In this document: in pieces, positions 45,790 to 55,850 of the stretch
How positions within the stretch are numbered: the first letter of the stretch is position 1
Layout: each line of letters begins with the position of its first letter
From: Verrucomicrobiia bacterium
Lineage (GTDB): Bacteria > Omnitrophota > Omnitrophia > Omnitrophales > Aquincolibacteriaceae
NCBI GenBank assembly: GCA_035495615.1
Contig: DATJFP010000020.1
Location: forward strand, 2,258-66,257
Length of the DNA: 64,000 nucleotides
Reading direction: 5' to 3'
The notes under the pieces: model-generated
Seen by the model: the letters and a program-made list of their open reading frames with translations, nothing else
What the model was told of the DNA's origin: nothing
The model's database searches: none
Position numbers and translations under genes: made by a program

Positions 45790-46365
45790 TCAGCCCCAAG
45801 AGGAGTCGGAATGCTGGGCCCGGACCACGTTCCCGTCCACGTCGACTTCCTTCCGGAGGATCTTTTTGTCTTTGCGGTAAGTCTCGATGTAAGCCAGAGC
45901 CCCGGTCTGCTCGTCGTAGCCCTTGGTTTCGCCTTCACGCAATCCGTCCCGGTACGTGCCTTCGGCCTGGATCTTTCCCGTGGGGTAAAACCATTTGGCA
46001 GGCCCCTGCAGCTGGCCCATGCGGTATTCGAGGACGGCCTTGGGTTTGGTCGTGGGATAATACTGCCGGTTGGTGCCGTGAATTTTACCTTTCACGTAGG
46101 TGGCCTGGGATTCCATGTTGCCGTTGTCGTAGTAGGATTTGTACTCGCCGTCTTTCTGGCCGTGGGTGTAATGGAGCTCTTCTTTGACTTTTCCGTTTTC
46201 GTAATAAGACGTCATTTTGCCGTGCAGCTTGCCGTCCTCGTAGTTGGTCTGCGCCATCAGCTTGCCGCTTTTGTAATATTCCTTGTGCAGGCCATCCTTT
46301 TTCGCGCATCCATGAAAAAGAAAAGCCGCAGCGAGAAACGTTACGGAAAAAATCCTGCGCATCAT
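45790..46365 (-). CDS. MORN-repeat (YwqK-like) lipoprotein
   Basis: Start at MMRRIF gives a lipobox (FLFHGCAKK). Repeated YxxGKxxG MORN-variant units (YKSGKLM, YEDGKLHG, YENGKVK, THGQKDGE, YDNGNME, YVKGKIHG). Confidence 0.7.
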   Translation of the reverse strand: MMRRIFSVTFLAAAFLFHGCAKKDGLHKEYYKSGKLMAQTNYEDGKLHGKMTSYYENGKVKEELHYTHGQKDGEYKSYYDNGNMESQATYVKGKIHGTNRQYYPTTKPKAVLEYRMGQLQGPAKWFYPTGKIQAEGTYRDGLREGETKGYDEQTGALAYIETYRKDKKILRKEVDVDGNVVRAQHSDSSWG

Positions 46366-46871
46366 GCCTCCCCCAGCAGATAACGACCCGTCGGCTTCCA
46401 CTCCGGGACCGGCCCTTCCGTTTTCATGACGGACAAGCTCTCGATCGGAACCCGGACCGGAAATTTCAAAGCCGGAAACTTTTCTTTGAATTCGATCCCT
46501 TCGCCGTAGGCAAGGCTGAGATGCGGGTCATACGAAGCGTCGGGCATTTGAAAGAGTTTTACGGCCATGTCCCGTGCGGCCCTGAGCCAGGCCATCGGCT
46601 GCGGCCGCGCCAGGAACAACGCTTTAAAATAAGCGGCGCTCGTTTCACATCCTTCGAAAGTTAATTCGCAAGGCTTAAGCCCCGCGCTGAGCGCCTTGGC
46701 TTTGGAAAGGACCTCTTTTTCCGGGAGCAGGATTTGTCCTGCGAGCGTCACGTGGGGTTCGAAGACAGGGGTTTGGAAGGCCGAACTCAGGGAGCGGATA
46801 AGGCCGGAAAAAAAAGATTGGGCAGGGTCTGCCGGATCCAGCCAAAGGGAATAGCCCCGGAGGCGGTTCAT
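46362..46871 (-). CDS. 2H-phosphoesterase superfamily protein (LigT / 2'-5' RNA ligase-like cyclic phosphodiesterase)
   Basis: Two H-x-T/S-x motifs (HVTLAG and HLSLAY) at the expected spacing. 169 aa. Confidence 0.7.
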   Translation of the reverse strand: MNRLRGYSLWLDPADPAQSFFSGLIRSLSSAFQTPVFEPHVTLAGQILLPEKEVLSKAKALSAGLKPCELTFEGCETSAAYFKALFLARPQPMAWLRAARDMAVKLFQMPDASYDPHLSLAYGEGIEFKEKFPALKFPVRVPIESLSVMKTEGPVPEWKPTGRYLLGEA

Positions 46872-47164
46872 CCCTTTTTCTTTTTGGGTGCCGGCTTGCA
46901 GACTTCCGGGGACTTGCAGCTCTCGGGCCCGCAGCCGCCTTGGGGGGCGGGAGCGTCCTTGCTTGCCGCTTCCTTATATTTAGAAGAACGGTAGTCGGTC
47001 TGATAGAACCCCGAGCCCTTAAAAATGATCCCCGCGCCCCCGCCGATAAGACGTTTCACCTTCTTTTTGCAGGCCGGGCATTTTTTGAGGGGCTCGGCCT
47101 TGATCGACTGGAACTGTTCAAACCGGTGACCGCAGGACTCGCAAAGGTATTCGTAAGTCGGCAT
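46868..47164 (-). CDS. FmdB-family zinc-ribbon protein
   Basis: N-terminal MPTYEYLCESCGH ... CPACKKK, the canonical FmdB/CxxC-x17-CxxC ribbon. Lys-rich C-terminus. Confidence 0.75.
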   Translation of the reverse strand: MPTYEYLCESCGHRFEQFQSIKAEPLKKCPACKKKVKRLIGGGAGIIFKGSGFYQTDYRSSKYKEAASKDAPAPQGGCGPESCKSPEVCKPAPKKKKG

Positions 47165-47251
47165 GAGAATCTCCCTTAAAGAGGGATTATTATATTTTTA
47201 AACGATAAACCTGCAATTGAAAATCGCTGCCGGGATTGGACCGGGATCAGT

Positions 47252-47470
47252 TCAAGGAAGGGAAACGCCGAATTTGCGGGCCAATTCCTGTTTCTGCATG
47301 TCATGGACTTTTTGGAGTTCGTTTTTCAAATCGGCCATTTCTTCATCGGACATGCCATGCATCTTGGCGAAGAGAGGATTGCATTTTTTCTTCATTTCTT
47401 CTTGCTGGGCCTGCGTCAGCCGCTGGAGTTCCGCCTCGAATTGCTTCTGGGCTTCCACATCATTTGCCAT
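47252..47470 (-). CDS. Small hypothetical charged alpha-helical protein
   Basis: 72-aa ORF with coding-like composition (EAQKQFEAELQRLTQAQQEEMKKK). Confidence 0.4.
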   Translation of the reverse strand: MANDVEAQKQFEAELQRLTQAQQEEMKKKCNPLFAKMHGMSDEEMADLKNELQKVHDMQKQELARKFGVSLP

Positions 47471-47642
47471 AGAGTCTCCTTAAAGCGATAGGTTTAGGGA
47501 TGAGGTTTTGATAAAAAGTATACTTAATTGTTAGGCGGAGATCAAAGGAGGAGAAAGAATTTTGCCAAGAATTTAAAATAGAAAATGTAGGAAAATCCCT
47601 GACAGATGGGCACAAGTGACGAAAAGGAAAGGAGTTAAAAGA

Positions 47643-47894
47643 TTAAAAAAGGGCCGGCGAGCCCTGTTCCTGCGGGTAGGTCTGGCGGGCGCTGCGGACA
47701 AAGATCTCAAACCAGAGATTGTCGACGTAATCCTGAACCACGTCCCGGGATTCATGGAAACGCTGCTGGATTTTCACGGAGAGAAGGTCGAAATCGTTGA
47801 TGCAAAGATCGATTTCGTCGTCTTGGAGGTCTTCCCAGCGTTCTTTCAGGCGGGCTTTGAATTTTTCCCAGAACTGACTGTGTTTTTTGGGCAT
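47643..47894 (-). CDS. CsbD-like general stress protein
   Basis: Start refined to ATG at 47894 (MPKKHSQFWEKFKARLKERWEDLQDDEID ...). This matches the CsbD pattern W-x-x-KG-x-x-KE-x-WG-x-LTDDD. Confidence 0.6.
   Translation of the reverse strand: MPKKHSQFWEKFKARLKERWEDLQDDEIDLCINDFDLLSVKIQQRFHESRDVVQDYVDNLWFEIFVRSARQTYPQEQGSPALF
47644..47666 (-). terminator. Candidate intrinsic terminator embedded in the last codons of the csbD-like gene
   Basis: On the minus strand, hairpin AGGGC-tcgccg-GCCCT followed by TTTTTTAATC. The T-run overlaps the TAA stop. Confidence 0.35.
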
Positions 47895-48010
47895 TTCGGA
47901 CTGCTTTTCTCTTACGAAACAGATGAAAACGTCAGGCAATTTCACAAAAAGCATGGCATTATACAAATCGAATTTAAAAAAAACAAGCAAAATGATACTG
48001 CCCGCCTTGA

Positions 48011-48039
48011 TTGACAAAGGCCGGGGCCGTTGTTATACT
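48011..48039 (+). promoter_or_regulatory. Near-consensus sigma70-type promoter for lpxD, giving an essentially leaderless mRNA
   Basis: TTGACA (48011-48016), 17-bp spacer, TATACT (48034-48039). The ATG is at 48049, 10 nt after the -10 element, with no SD sequence. Confidence 0.5.
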
Positions 48040-48048
48040 CACCCGACT

Positions 48049-49098
48049 ATGACATCCACGGTAGGAGAACTCGCCCACTTCGTAGGCGGCACGGTCATCG
48101 GCGACCCCCACATCCGGATCGAAGGCATCACCAACAGCGAAACTCCCCGGAAAGCCTACATTACCTTTGCTCAGACTCCGGTTCTGGCCCAGAAGCTCGA
48201 ATCTTCGGAGATCGACTGCCTGATCGTTCCCAGAAGCGTCACAACCTCCGCCAAGACGCTCATCCAGGTCGACGAGCCCAAGCTGGCCTGGGCCAGGCTT
48301 TTAGAGAAATTCTTTCCTCCCCGCACTTATCCCGGGACTGTTTCCGAACAAGCCTTTGTGTCCCCTTCCGCCCAAATCGGCAAGGGCGTCACGGTGGAAC
48401 CCTTCGCGTACATCGGGGATCATGCGGTGATCGGAGACAACGTCGTGATCCGCGCCCAATGCTATGTGGACAGAAACTGCCAAGTCGGCGCGGGCACGGT
48501 CCTGCATTCCGGAGTGAAACTCTATCATGACACCGTGCTGGGCAAGAACGTCGTCATCCATGCGAGTTCGGTCATCGGCGCGGACGGTTTCGGTTACGTA
48601 TCCACGATGCAGGGACAGCAGAAAATCCCGCAGGTCGGCAATGTCGTCCTCGAAGACAACGTCGAGATCGGCGCCTGCGCGACCATCGACCGCGCCACGA
48701 TCGGCTCAACCCGCATCGGAGAAGGCTCTAAAATCGACAACATGGTCCAGGTCGGCCACAATGTGAGCATCGGAAAGCACACCGTGATTTCAGCCCAGAC
48801 CGGCATTTCCGGAAGCACCAAGATCGGAAATCACGTGACCGTGGGAGGCAAGGCCGGTTTCGGAGATCATGTCGAAATCGGAGATTGGACCATGGTGGGC
48901 GCCGGTTCGGGTTTTCCCAGCGGCAAGAAAGTCCCGGCCAAACAAGTCTTTTTCGGCGAACCCGCCCGCCCTTACGCCGAAGCCCGCCGGCAGATTGCCG
49001 CGCAGCTCCGTTCCGCGGAAATGCTCGAGGAAATCAAGGCCTTGAGGAAGCGGCTCGAAGAGTTGGAAAATAAGTCCGCCCAGGACGCGAAAGCTTAA
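48049..49098 (+). CDS. lpxD: UDP-3-O-acylglucosamine N-acyltransferase LpxD
   Basis: 350 aa. LpxD N-terminal domain followed by a left-handed beta-helix of hexapeptide repeats ([51 protein letters not shown] ...). Confidence 0.85.
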   Translation: MTSTVGELAHFVGGTVIGDPHIRIEGITNSETPRKAYITFAQTPVLAQKLESSEIDCLIVPRSVTTSAKTLIQVDEPKLAWARLLEKFFPPRTYPGTVSEQAFVSPSAQIGKGVTVEPFAYIGDHAVIGDNVVIRAQCYVDRNCQVGAGTVLHSGVKLYHDTVLGKNVVIHASSVIGADGFGYVSTMQGQQKIPQVGNVVLEDNVEIGACATIDRATIGSTRIGEGSKIDNMVQVGHNVSIGKHTVISAQTGISGSTKIGNHVTVGGKAGFGDHVEIGDWTMVGAGSGFPSGKKVPAKQVFFGEPARPYAEARRQIAAQLRSAEMLEEIKALRKRLEELENKSAQDAKA

Positions 49099-49718
49099 CC
49101 CTTTTTCCCGATCAGGCTCAGAAATTCCGCCCGCGCCCGGTCGCATTCGCGGAAACTTCCGAGCATCGCGCTCGTCATCGTGTACGAATTGGTCTGCTCC
49201 ACCCCGCGCATAGCCATGCAAAGATGGAGAGCTTCGATCACGACGCCGACCCCCCGCGGATTCAAGGCCTTCATGAGGGCATCAGCGATCTGGCTCGTCA
49301 GCCTTTCCTGCACCTGCAGCCGCTTGGCAAAGATCTCGACGACGCGCGGGATCTTGCTCAGCCCCAGGATTTTTCCATTCGGAATGTAGGCGACATGCGC
49401 CTTGCCGTAAAACGGCAGCATGTGGTGCTCGCAGAGGGAAAAAAGCGTGATGTCTTTCACCACGACCATCTCGTCGTAAGGTTCCGCAAAAATCGCCTCG
49501 TTCAGCACCTTGTCCAAATCGTAGTCGTAGCCTTGCGTCAGAAAAGACAGGGCCTCCGCCACCCGCCGGGGCGTCTTGGCAAGGCCTTCCCGAGACGGGT
49601 CCTCGCCCAAATTCTGCAGCAGTTCGTGAACAAGCTCCTGCATGCGGGCTATTTTTTCCGCGTCTTTCGCTACTTTCAATTCATGAGGAAAATAAACGGG
49701 ATCGTGATCCGAATTCAT
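49095..49718 (-). CDS. folE: GTP cyclohydrolase I FolE
   Basis: 207 aa. Conserved CEHHMLPF and active-site motifs. Convergent with lpxD with a 4-nt overlap. Confidence 0.92.
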   Translation of the reverse strand: MNSDHDPVYFPHELKVAKDAEKIARMQELVHELLQNLGEDPSREGLAKTPRRVAEALSFLTQGYDYDLDKVLNEAIFAEPYDEMVVVKDITLFSLCEHHMLPFYGKAHVAYIPNGKILGLSKIPRVVEIFAKRLQVQERLTSQIADALMKALNPRGVGVVIEALHLCMAMRGVEQTNSYTMTSAMLGSFRECDRARAEFLSLIGKKG

Positions 49719-50743
49719 GACGGAACCTCCGCTTTTCGAAGTTTGCCGGCGAGCAGATCTGCCGCATGCCTGAAGGCCCTGCTGACCTCCAGGTCCGGAT
49801 CGACCGCGGTGACGGGTTTGCCGGCGTCACCGCCGATGCGCACTTGGGGGTCCAGCGGCACCGAGCCTAAAAAAGGAACTTCAAACTGGGCCGCGGCTTT
49901 TTCTCCGCCGCCCTTGCCGAAAATCTCGCCGCTCATGTTTTCCACGACGCCGAGGATCGGAACCTCGGTCTTGCGGAACATGAGCACGCCTTTGCGTACG
50001 TCCATCAGCGCGACTTCCTGCGGCGTCGTGACGATGACGGCCCCGGTCAGCGGTACGGTCTGGACGAGCGAAAGCTGGACATCGCCCGTGCCGGGCGGCA
50101 GATCGACGAAAAGGAAATCAAGCTCGCCCCAATCGACTTTCTGCAGGAATTGCGTGACCGCACTGTGCAGCATGGGCCCGCGCCAGACCATGGGCTGGTC
50201 GGCCGGAACAAGAACGCCCATCGAGATCATCTTGATGCCGTACGCTTCGAGGGGAATGAGTTTGTTTTCGCTGCTCACCTGCGGGCGGGCATCCGCGGAC
50301 ACGCCCAGCATCAGCGGAACATTCGGCCCGTAAATGTCGCCATCCATGAGGCCTACGCGGTAGCCCAGATTTTTGAAGGCAAGCGCCAGATTAACGGAAG
50401 CCGTGGTCTTGCCCACGCCACCTTTGCCGCTGGCCACGGCGATGATGTGCTTGATGCCCGGAATGGGAAATTTCGCGGCGAAAGGCGTGCCGGCTTTTGT
50501 CGCGGCCGCGAACTGCACGGTCACGTCCTCCACGCCCTTCAAACTCATCAGGCTGTCGCGGACGGCCTTTTTCAAACTCTCGCGAAAAGTCGCAGACGGC
50601 GACGTCACCTCAAGCTGGACAAACACCTTGCTGCCTTCGAACTGGACGTCACGCACCATGCCGAGCGCGACAATGTCCCGCTTGAGCTCAGGGTCCATGA
50701 CTGCTTTGAGCGCCGTTAAAATTTCATCCCGTGTCATCTGCAT
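49715..50743 (-). CDS. apbC: Fe-S cluster carrier ATPase Mrp/ApbC/NBP35 family
   Basis: Start at [15 protein letters not shown] (DUF59/MIP18 N-domain). Walker [12 protein letters not shown] and the CxxC region in the C-terminus. Confidence 0.9.
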   Translation of the reverse strand: MQMTRDEILTALKAVMDPELKRDIVALGMVRDVQFEGSKVFVQLEVTSPSATFRESLKKAVRDSLMSLKGVEDVTVQFAAATKAGTPFAAKFPIPGIKHIIAVASGKGGVGKTTASVNLALAFKNLGYRVGLMDGDIYGPNVPLMLGVSADARPQVSSENKLIPLEAYGIKMISMGVLVPADQPMVWRGPMLHSAVTQFLQKVDWGELDFLFVDLPPGTGDVQLSLVQTVPLTGAVIVTTPQEVALMDVRKGVLMFRKTEVPILGVVENMSGEIFGKGGGEKAAAQFEVPFLGSVPLDPQVRIGGDAGKPVTAVDPDLEVSRAFRHAADLLAGKLRKAEVPS

Positions 50744-50747
50744 CCTC

Positions 50748-51926
50748 TTACAAAGCTGCCTTGTTGGAATTAAGCCGCGATCCGCGATCAACTTCCTTGA
50801 AATAATCCAGCGTCTCGCGGATGATCTTGACGACGTCCTGGATGTCGTGCTCGGTCGTGAAACGGCCAAAGCTGAAACGGAGGGAAGAATTGGCTTCTTC
50901 GTCCGTAAGCCCCATGGCTTTCAGGACGTGAGAAGGTTCCGGCGAACCGCTCATGCATGCGGATCCGCTGGAAACGCAGACTCCCCGCTGGTCCAGCGCC
51001 ATCATGAACGCTTCCGCGTCCATGCCCGGGAAGCGGAGATTGCTGGTCGTGGGCAGCCGGCGCGTCAGGTCCCCATTCACGACCGCGTGAAACTGCGAAC
51101 AAAGCGTCTCTTCGAAAGAAGCGCGCAGTTTCTTGAGGCGTTCGATTTCTTTCGGCAGGTCCGAAAGCGCAAGCTCGCAGGCCGCTCCGAGCCCCACGAT
51201 GCCAGCCACGTTTTCGGTGCCGGCCCGGCGCCCCCGCTCCTGCCCGCCGCCCATCAAAAAAGGCTGAAAGGGCGTTCCCTGGCGCACGTAAAGCGCGCCG
51301 ACGCCTTTGGGGCCGTAGAGCTTGTGCGCGGAAAGCGAGAGAAAATCAACCGGGCTCTGCTTGACGTTGAGAAGGTATTTGCCCACGGCTTGCACGGCGT
51401 CGACATGAAAAAGAGCCCCGCGTTCTTTGACCAGCGCGCCGATTTCGTCGATCGGGAAAAGCGCGCCCGTTTCGTTGTTGGCAAGCATCAGGGAAACAAT
51501 GGCCGTCTTGTCGTCGAGCACGCGGCGCAGCTCATCGATCAGCAAAAATCCCTGAGCGCTCACGCCGACTTCTACGACGTCATAACCTTTTTTCGCCAGG
51601 AAACGGCAAAGCTTGCGGATGCTGGAATGCTCCACGGCGCTTGTCACGATCCTGCGTTTTTCCGGCGCCGTCGCCAGGGCGGAAAGGATGGCCGCATTGT
51701 TACTCTCGCTCCCGCAGCTGGTGAAGATGATCTCCCGTTCGTCAGCGGCTCCGAGCAGTGCGGCAGTCATGGCCCGGGATTCGCGTAAGGCCTTGGCCGG
51801 CCCACGCCCGCGATGATGCAGGCTGGAAGGATTTCCGTATTCCGATTTCAGAAACGGCTCCATCTTGCGCCAAACAGCTTCGGCCAAGGGAGTCGTCGCA
51901 TTGTTGTCCAGGTAGTAGGTTTTCAT
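50748..51926 (-). CDS. Cysteine desulfurase (NifS/IscS class V aminotransferase)
   Basis: 392 aa. The PLP-lysine region SAHKLYGPKGVGALYVR and the active-site Cys loop SSGSAC are conserved. Confidence 0.9.
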   Translation of the reverse strand: MKTYYLDNNATTPLAEAVWRKMEPFLKSEYGNPSSLHHRGRGPAKALRESRAMTAALLGAADEREIIFTSCGSESNNAAILSALATAPEKRRIVTSAVEHSSIRKLCRFLAKKGYDVVEVGVSAQGFLLIDELRRVLDDKTAIVSLMLANNETGALFPIDEIGALVKERGALFHVDAVQAVGKYLLNVKQSPVDFLSLSAHKLYGPKGVGALYVRQGTPFQPFLMGGGQERGRRAGTENVAGIVGLGAACELALSDLPKEIERLKKLRASFEETLCSQFHAVVNGDLTRRLPTTSNLRFPGMDAEAFMMALDQRGVCVSSGSACMSGSPEPSHVLKAMGLTDEEANSSLRFSFGRFTTEHDIQDVVKIIRETLDYFKEVDRGSRLNSNKAAL

Positions 51927-52051
51927 AAGGAAGCGGGGCTGAACCGTTTTTGTTTTTCTTAACCCTTGTAACCAATGGGGTTAGGATTGACCTGAAGAAT
52001 TTAAACCATCATTATGCCATGCGCTCCGGCAATGTCAAGCCTGGGGGCACT

Positions 52052-54013
52052 CTAGGCGGCGGGAGGGGCTTTTTGCGTAAGAAGATTTTCGAATTCCTGC
52101 GAGGAGGCTTCGGCCATGAGAGGATAGAGATCGCGCCACTTTGAGGCGGCGGGATTGAGATCCAAGGCCCGGGCATAGTAACGAAGGGCAAGCGCTTTGA
52201 ATTTCGCGGCCTGTTCCGCCGCCGAGGCCATGGCCGCATCCATGTAAAAGGCCGCCGCCGTCATTTCTCCCTGATAAAAGTCCGGCAGCCTCTCCTGCAT
52301 CAGTTCGATGGAGCGGTTCACGCCCTGCAGGTCGCCGCTCGACAAGAACATCTCGGCACGCTTGCGGTATGAGTTGAGATTGAAAGGATCGCGGCGAATG
52401 GCTTCATCCAGGGCGCTCAAGGCTTTCTTGAAGACCTCGGGATCCTTCTTTTGCGCATAGTCCGCGTAATAGCGGAAAGCGATTTGCCGCGGATAATTCG
52501 GATTGGTCGGATCCATCTGCATGGCGCGGGACAGCACGGCAATGTCATCCGAATGCCCTGCCGTAAAAAAAGCCATGACCTGCATTACGGTAAAAACGGT
52601 CACCGGCAAAGAAAGCGCGAAGAGCACCAAGGGCACGCCTAATTTCGCTTTAGATTGCGGCTGGATCACCGCTTCTTCCTGGGTTTCCAGCGTTTCGAGA
52701 TGAATGCACGCCGCTCCGGCCGCCAGCATGGCGCAGAGCATGACGAACAGGGCTTCGACGTACAGCGTCGGATCGACCATGGAATGCGCCATGTAAGAGG
52801 CAAGCGTCGACAACGAAGCGAGGATCGTGTAGGAAATAAAACAGCTGGACGTCTTGAAAGCCGTGCGCAATCCTTTCAGCAGCAGGAGCAAAAAGCCTCC
52901 CATCAAAAAAAGCATGCCGGGAACTCCCATTTCCGCCCAGAGCCACAGGAAATCATTATAGGAACGCATGGGAAAAGCCGTGAACGGCGGCTCGTGAAAC
53001 AAAAGCCATCCCATCTGAAAATTGCCCAGCCCCACTCCGAACCAGCCTTTGATTCGGACAAGCTGCCAGCTGGCGCCCATCGTCATGCTGCGCACCCCCA
53101 TGGTCTGGACTTCCGTGCCCCATGTTTCCTTAAGGGTCCCCAGCTCCCGAACCACGTCCTTCAAGCCAAGCGCGCTGACAAAAAGGATCGCTATGACAAA
53201 CACAAATGCCAAAAATTTGACCGGGCCACGCTTCCTGTGCTGGGAGAGATAAAAATTCACAAAATAAAAGGCAAGTGCGACGAAGAACGAAAGAATGCCG
53301 GCGCGCGATTTCGTAAAAAGCACGGCGGCTAGCAGCACGCAGGCACAGCAGAGCTGAAGAATGATCTCGCTGTAAGCTTTTCCGGGATCGGAATGATTGA
53401 GTTTGCGGCGGTAGTTATAAAAAATCAGCGACAGCGCGACGAAAAATCCGGGGATGAAAAGGTCCACGAGATTGTTCGGCTGCAGGCTGATGCCGCTGAG
53501 CGGCCCGAGATAGCTCAACAGCGGAAAAGGCGGCTGAATCTTTTCCACGGATACGCCTGATGTGTAGAAGATGTAAATAAAGTAGACCGCGAGCAGGGTG
53601 GAAGAAAAAAGCAGGTACTTCAGGAAAAAAGCAAGCTCTTCGCGGCTTGTAAACGTTTCCAGAGCCACGGCGTAAACGATGACCCCGGTCGCGAGGAGGC
53701 CGAAAAAAGAGAACCAGTTTGACCAGGCGGACGGGATTTCAAAAAGCGGAAAACCCAGCGCGATACCCGCCTGCTGCAGCGTCAGCCACAAGAGCAGCGC
53801 GGCAAAGCTGCCCAGCAGCAGCGAAGGATGGACGCGTTTTCTTTCCGCCACGCGCAGCAGGAAGTAAAGAAGCAGAACGATTCCGGAAACAAAATGGAGC
53901 CCGTTTGAAGCGAGAAACGACAGGTTGCCCAGGGAGAGAAGGACCGCGGTGACGACAAGGCAGAGATAAATTCTGAAGACGCCGCGGATCAGGGGGGCTG
54001 ACCACGCCATCAA
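52052..54013 (-). CDS. O-antigen-ligase-like (Wzy_C) polytopic membrane protein with C-terminal TPR repeats (PEP-CTERM-system-associated type)
   Basis: 653 aa. About 10 TM helices with a Wzy_C-like loop, then TPR-type repeats in the last 200 aa. Overlaps the BY-kinase gene by 4 nt. Confidence 0.7.
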   Translation of the reverse strand: MMAWSAPLIRGVFRIYLCLVVTAVLLSLGNLSFLASNGLHFVSGIVLLLYFLLRVAERKRVHPSLLLGSFAALLLWLTLQQAGIALGFPLFEIPSAWSNWFSFFGLLATGVIVYAVALETFTSREELAFFLKYLLFSSTLLAVYFIYIFYTSGVSVEKIQPPFPLLSYLGPLSGISLQPNNLVDLFIPGFFVALSLIFYNYRRKLNHSDPGKAYSEIILQLCCACVLLAAVLFTKSRAGILSFFVALAFYFVNFYLSQHRKRGPVKFLAFVFVIAILFVSALGLKDVVRELGTLKETWGTEVQTMGVRSMTMGASWQLVRIKGWFGVGLGNFQMGWLLFHEPPFTAFPMRSYNDFLWLWAEMGVPGMLFLMGGFLLLLLKGLRTAFKTSSCFISYTILASLSTLASYMAHSMVDPTLYVEALFVMLCAMLAAGAACIHLETLETQEEAVIQPQSKAKLGVPLVLFALSLPVTVFTVMQVMAFFTAGHSDDIAVLSRAMQMDPTNPNYPRQIAFRYYADYAQKKDPEVFKKALSALDEAIRRDPFNLNSYRKRAEMFLSSGDLQGVNRSIELMQERLPDFYQGEMTAAAFYMDAAMASAAEQAAKFKALALRYYARALDLNPAASKWRDLYPLMAEASSQEFENLLTQKAPPAA

Positions 54014-55833
54014 TCCCCTCCGTCCGACCGCCTGTAATAGCGCGTGTACGTATGATAGTAATGCTTGGAGTAGCCGCCTAGGCGCTCCTTGTCCATGTCC
54101 ACCTGATTCAGAACGACCCCGATGATCTTGATGCCGGACTTGTCGAGCTGCGGCATGGTCTTTTTGATCAGGTCGGAAGGCGTTTTTCCTGCCGCCACGA
54201 CCAGGATGACATGTCCGATGAGATTGCCGATGACGTAGGTGTCTCCGATGCCCGTAAGCGGCGGGCAGTCGATGATGATGCGGTCGAATCTTTTGCGGGC
54301 CTCCTCCAGAAACTGCTTCATGCGTTCCGAGCCGAGAATTTCGGAAGGATTCGGCGAGATCGGGCCGCTGGGAATAATGGTCAGATTTTCGACGAAAGAC
54401 TGCTTCGTCACCGACTCGAAGGAAACACTGCTCGTCAGATAGTTGGAAAGCCCGGTGGCATTGTCGAGGCGGAAGCTGCGGTGCACGACCGGCCGCCTCA
54501 AGTCCGCGTCGACGAGCAGCGTCTTGTTGCCGTCCAGCGCGAGAGACGCCGCGATGTTGTGGTTGACGAAGGACTTTCCTTCGTGCGGCAGGCAGCTCGT
54601 GAGGACGAGGTTTTTCAGAGATTCCGGCGGCGCGGAAAAGTTGATGGCCACGCGGAGATACCGGAAGGATTCCGTGATTTCCGCATGCTTTTCATGGTAA
54701 ACGACGATCGATTTCTCATCGTAAAGCAGCTGCTTGCCTTTCAACAGCGGAACCGGCCCCAAAAAGGGCAGCATGACGCCCTTGCGCTCCAGGTCTTCGA
54801 GCGCATGGATGGTATCGTCGAAATAATCCAGAAGGAAGATCAGCAGGAAGCTCAGGAAAAGTTCTCCGACCGCCACGATCAGAATCATTTTCACCCGGTC
54901 CGGGCCGATGGGCGCCACCGGAGGAGACGCCTCTTCGATGACGCGGCCGTGGCTGGTCTGGAGGGTTCCCTGGGCGCGGGCCTTCAAGCCTTCGATGATT
55001 CTCTTCTTCTCGGCATCGATGCTTTCTTCCAGGAATTTCAGCGTGGAACGCGCCTTGATGATCTTGGGGTGCTTCTCGCGGTATTGCTTGAGCAGCAATT
55101 TCAATTCCGATTCCAGCGCGCTCTTTCTTTCCTTGAGCCCGCGGATGGTCGGGTCGGTCTGGATGGTGGGAAGGCTCTCGATCAGTTCTTCCCTGTTGAG
55201 CTGGCGCACATTGCCGAAGGGATCTTCGATGGAAATAACGTCCGAATCCGCCCCTCCCTGCTGGGGAAGCCAGGCCAGCAGCTCCTTGGAATAATAAAGG
55301 GAGTCTTCGAAGTTTTTCCGGATGTAGGCGCGCGCCACAGCGTTGGCGACGTTGGCCGAAAGACGGGCTTCGGCGGTAATCACCTGGATGTTGAAAAGGC
55401 GGCTTTGCTTGATGCGGCTGACTGTCAGCATGCCGCGGATTTTGGCCACAATGGCGTCTTCGTCGTCGTTTTCGAAATAATGAGTGAGCTTCAGATCATT
55501 GATGACCTGGCGCAGGACGGTCGGCCCGGTGAGGATCTCGAGCTGAGTCTTGTAGTAATCTTCGGACCAGCTCTCGGCGGACATGTCCTTATCGACGCTC
55601 TCGTCCATGGCCGGATTGGGCGGGCGCTCGATAATGATCTGGGCCGCGGCAAGATATTTGTCGGGAATCTTGGCGACATAGATCGTCGTGAGCGTGACCG
55701 TGATCAGGAAGAACGTGATCACGATGTAAAAGTATTTTTTGAACAGGTAAAAGTAATATTTATAATCGAACGGCTTTTCCAGATCGTCTGGATAACCGCC
55801 GTACGTTCCGGGCACCCGGATGTAATTGCTCAT
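54010..55833 (-). CDS. Polysaccharide co-polymerase / bacterial tyrosine autokinase (Wzc-like: chain-length determinant plus P-loop kinase)
   Basis: 607 aa. N-terminal Wzz-type TM/coiled-coil domain. C-terminal Walker A (EGKS), A' (LVDADLRRP), B (IIIDCPP), and the tyrosine cluster YSKHYYHTYTRYY. Confidence 0.8.
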   Translation of the reverse strand: MSNYIRVPGTYGGYPDDLEKPFDYKYYFYLFKKYFYIVITFFLITVTLTTIYVAKIPDKYLAAAQIIIERPPNPAMDESVDKDMSAESWSEDYYKTQLEILTGPTVLRQVINDLKLTHYFENDDEDAIVAKIRGMLTVSRIKQSRLFNIQVITAEARLSANVANAVARAYIRKNFEDSLYYSKELLAWLPQQGGADSDVISIEDPFGNVRQLNREELIESLPTIQTDPTIRGLKERKSALESELKLLLKQYREKHPKIIKARSTLKFLEESIDAEKKRIIEGLKARAQGTLQTSHGRVIEEASPPVAPIGPDRVKMILIVAVGELFLSFLLIFLLDYFDDTIHALEDLERKGVMLPFLGPVPLLKGKQLLYDEKSIVVYHEKHAEITESFRYLRVAINFSAPPESLKNLVLTSCLPHEGKSFVNHNIAASLALDGNKTLLVDADLRRPVVHRSFRLDNATGLSNYLTSSVSFESVTKQSFVENLTIIPSGPISPNPSEILGSERMKQFLEEARKRFDRIIIDCPPLTGIGDTYVIGNLIGHVILVVAAGKTPSDLIKKTMPQLDKSGIKIIGVVLNQVDMDKERLGGYSKHYYHTYTRYYRRSDGGD

Positions 55834-55850
55834 ATCAAACCGACCATCCG

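Noticed and set aside
51950-52000. Inverted repeat TAACCC-n12-GGGTTA between iscS and the O-antigen-ligase-like gene
   Set aside because: The flanking runs have the wrong polarity for a terminator on the transcribed (minus) strand (A-rich rather than U-rich after the stem), and the stem is only 6 bp.
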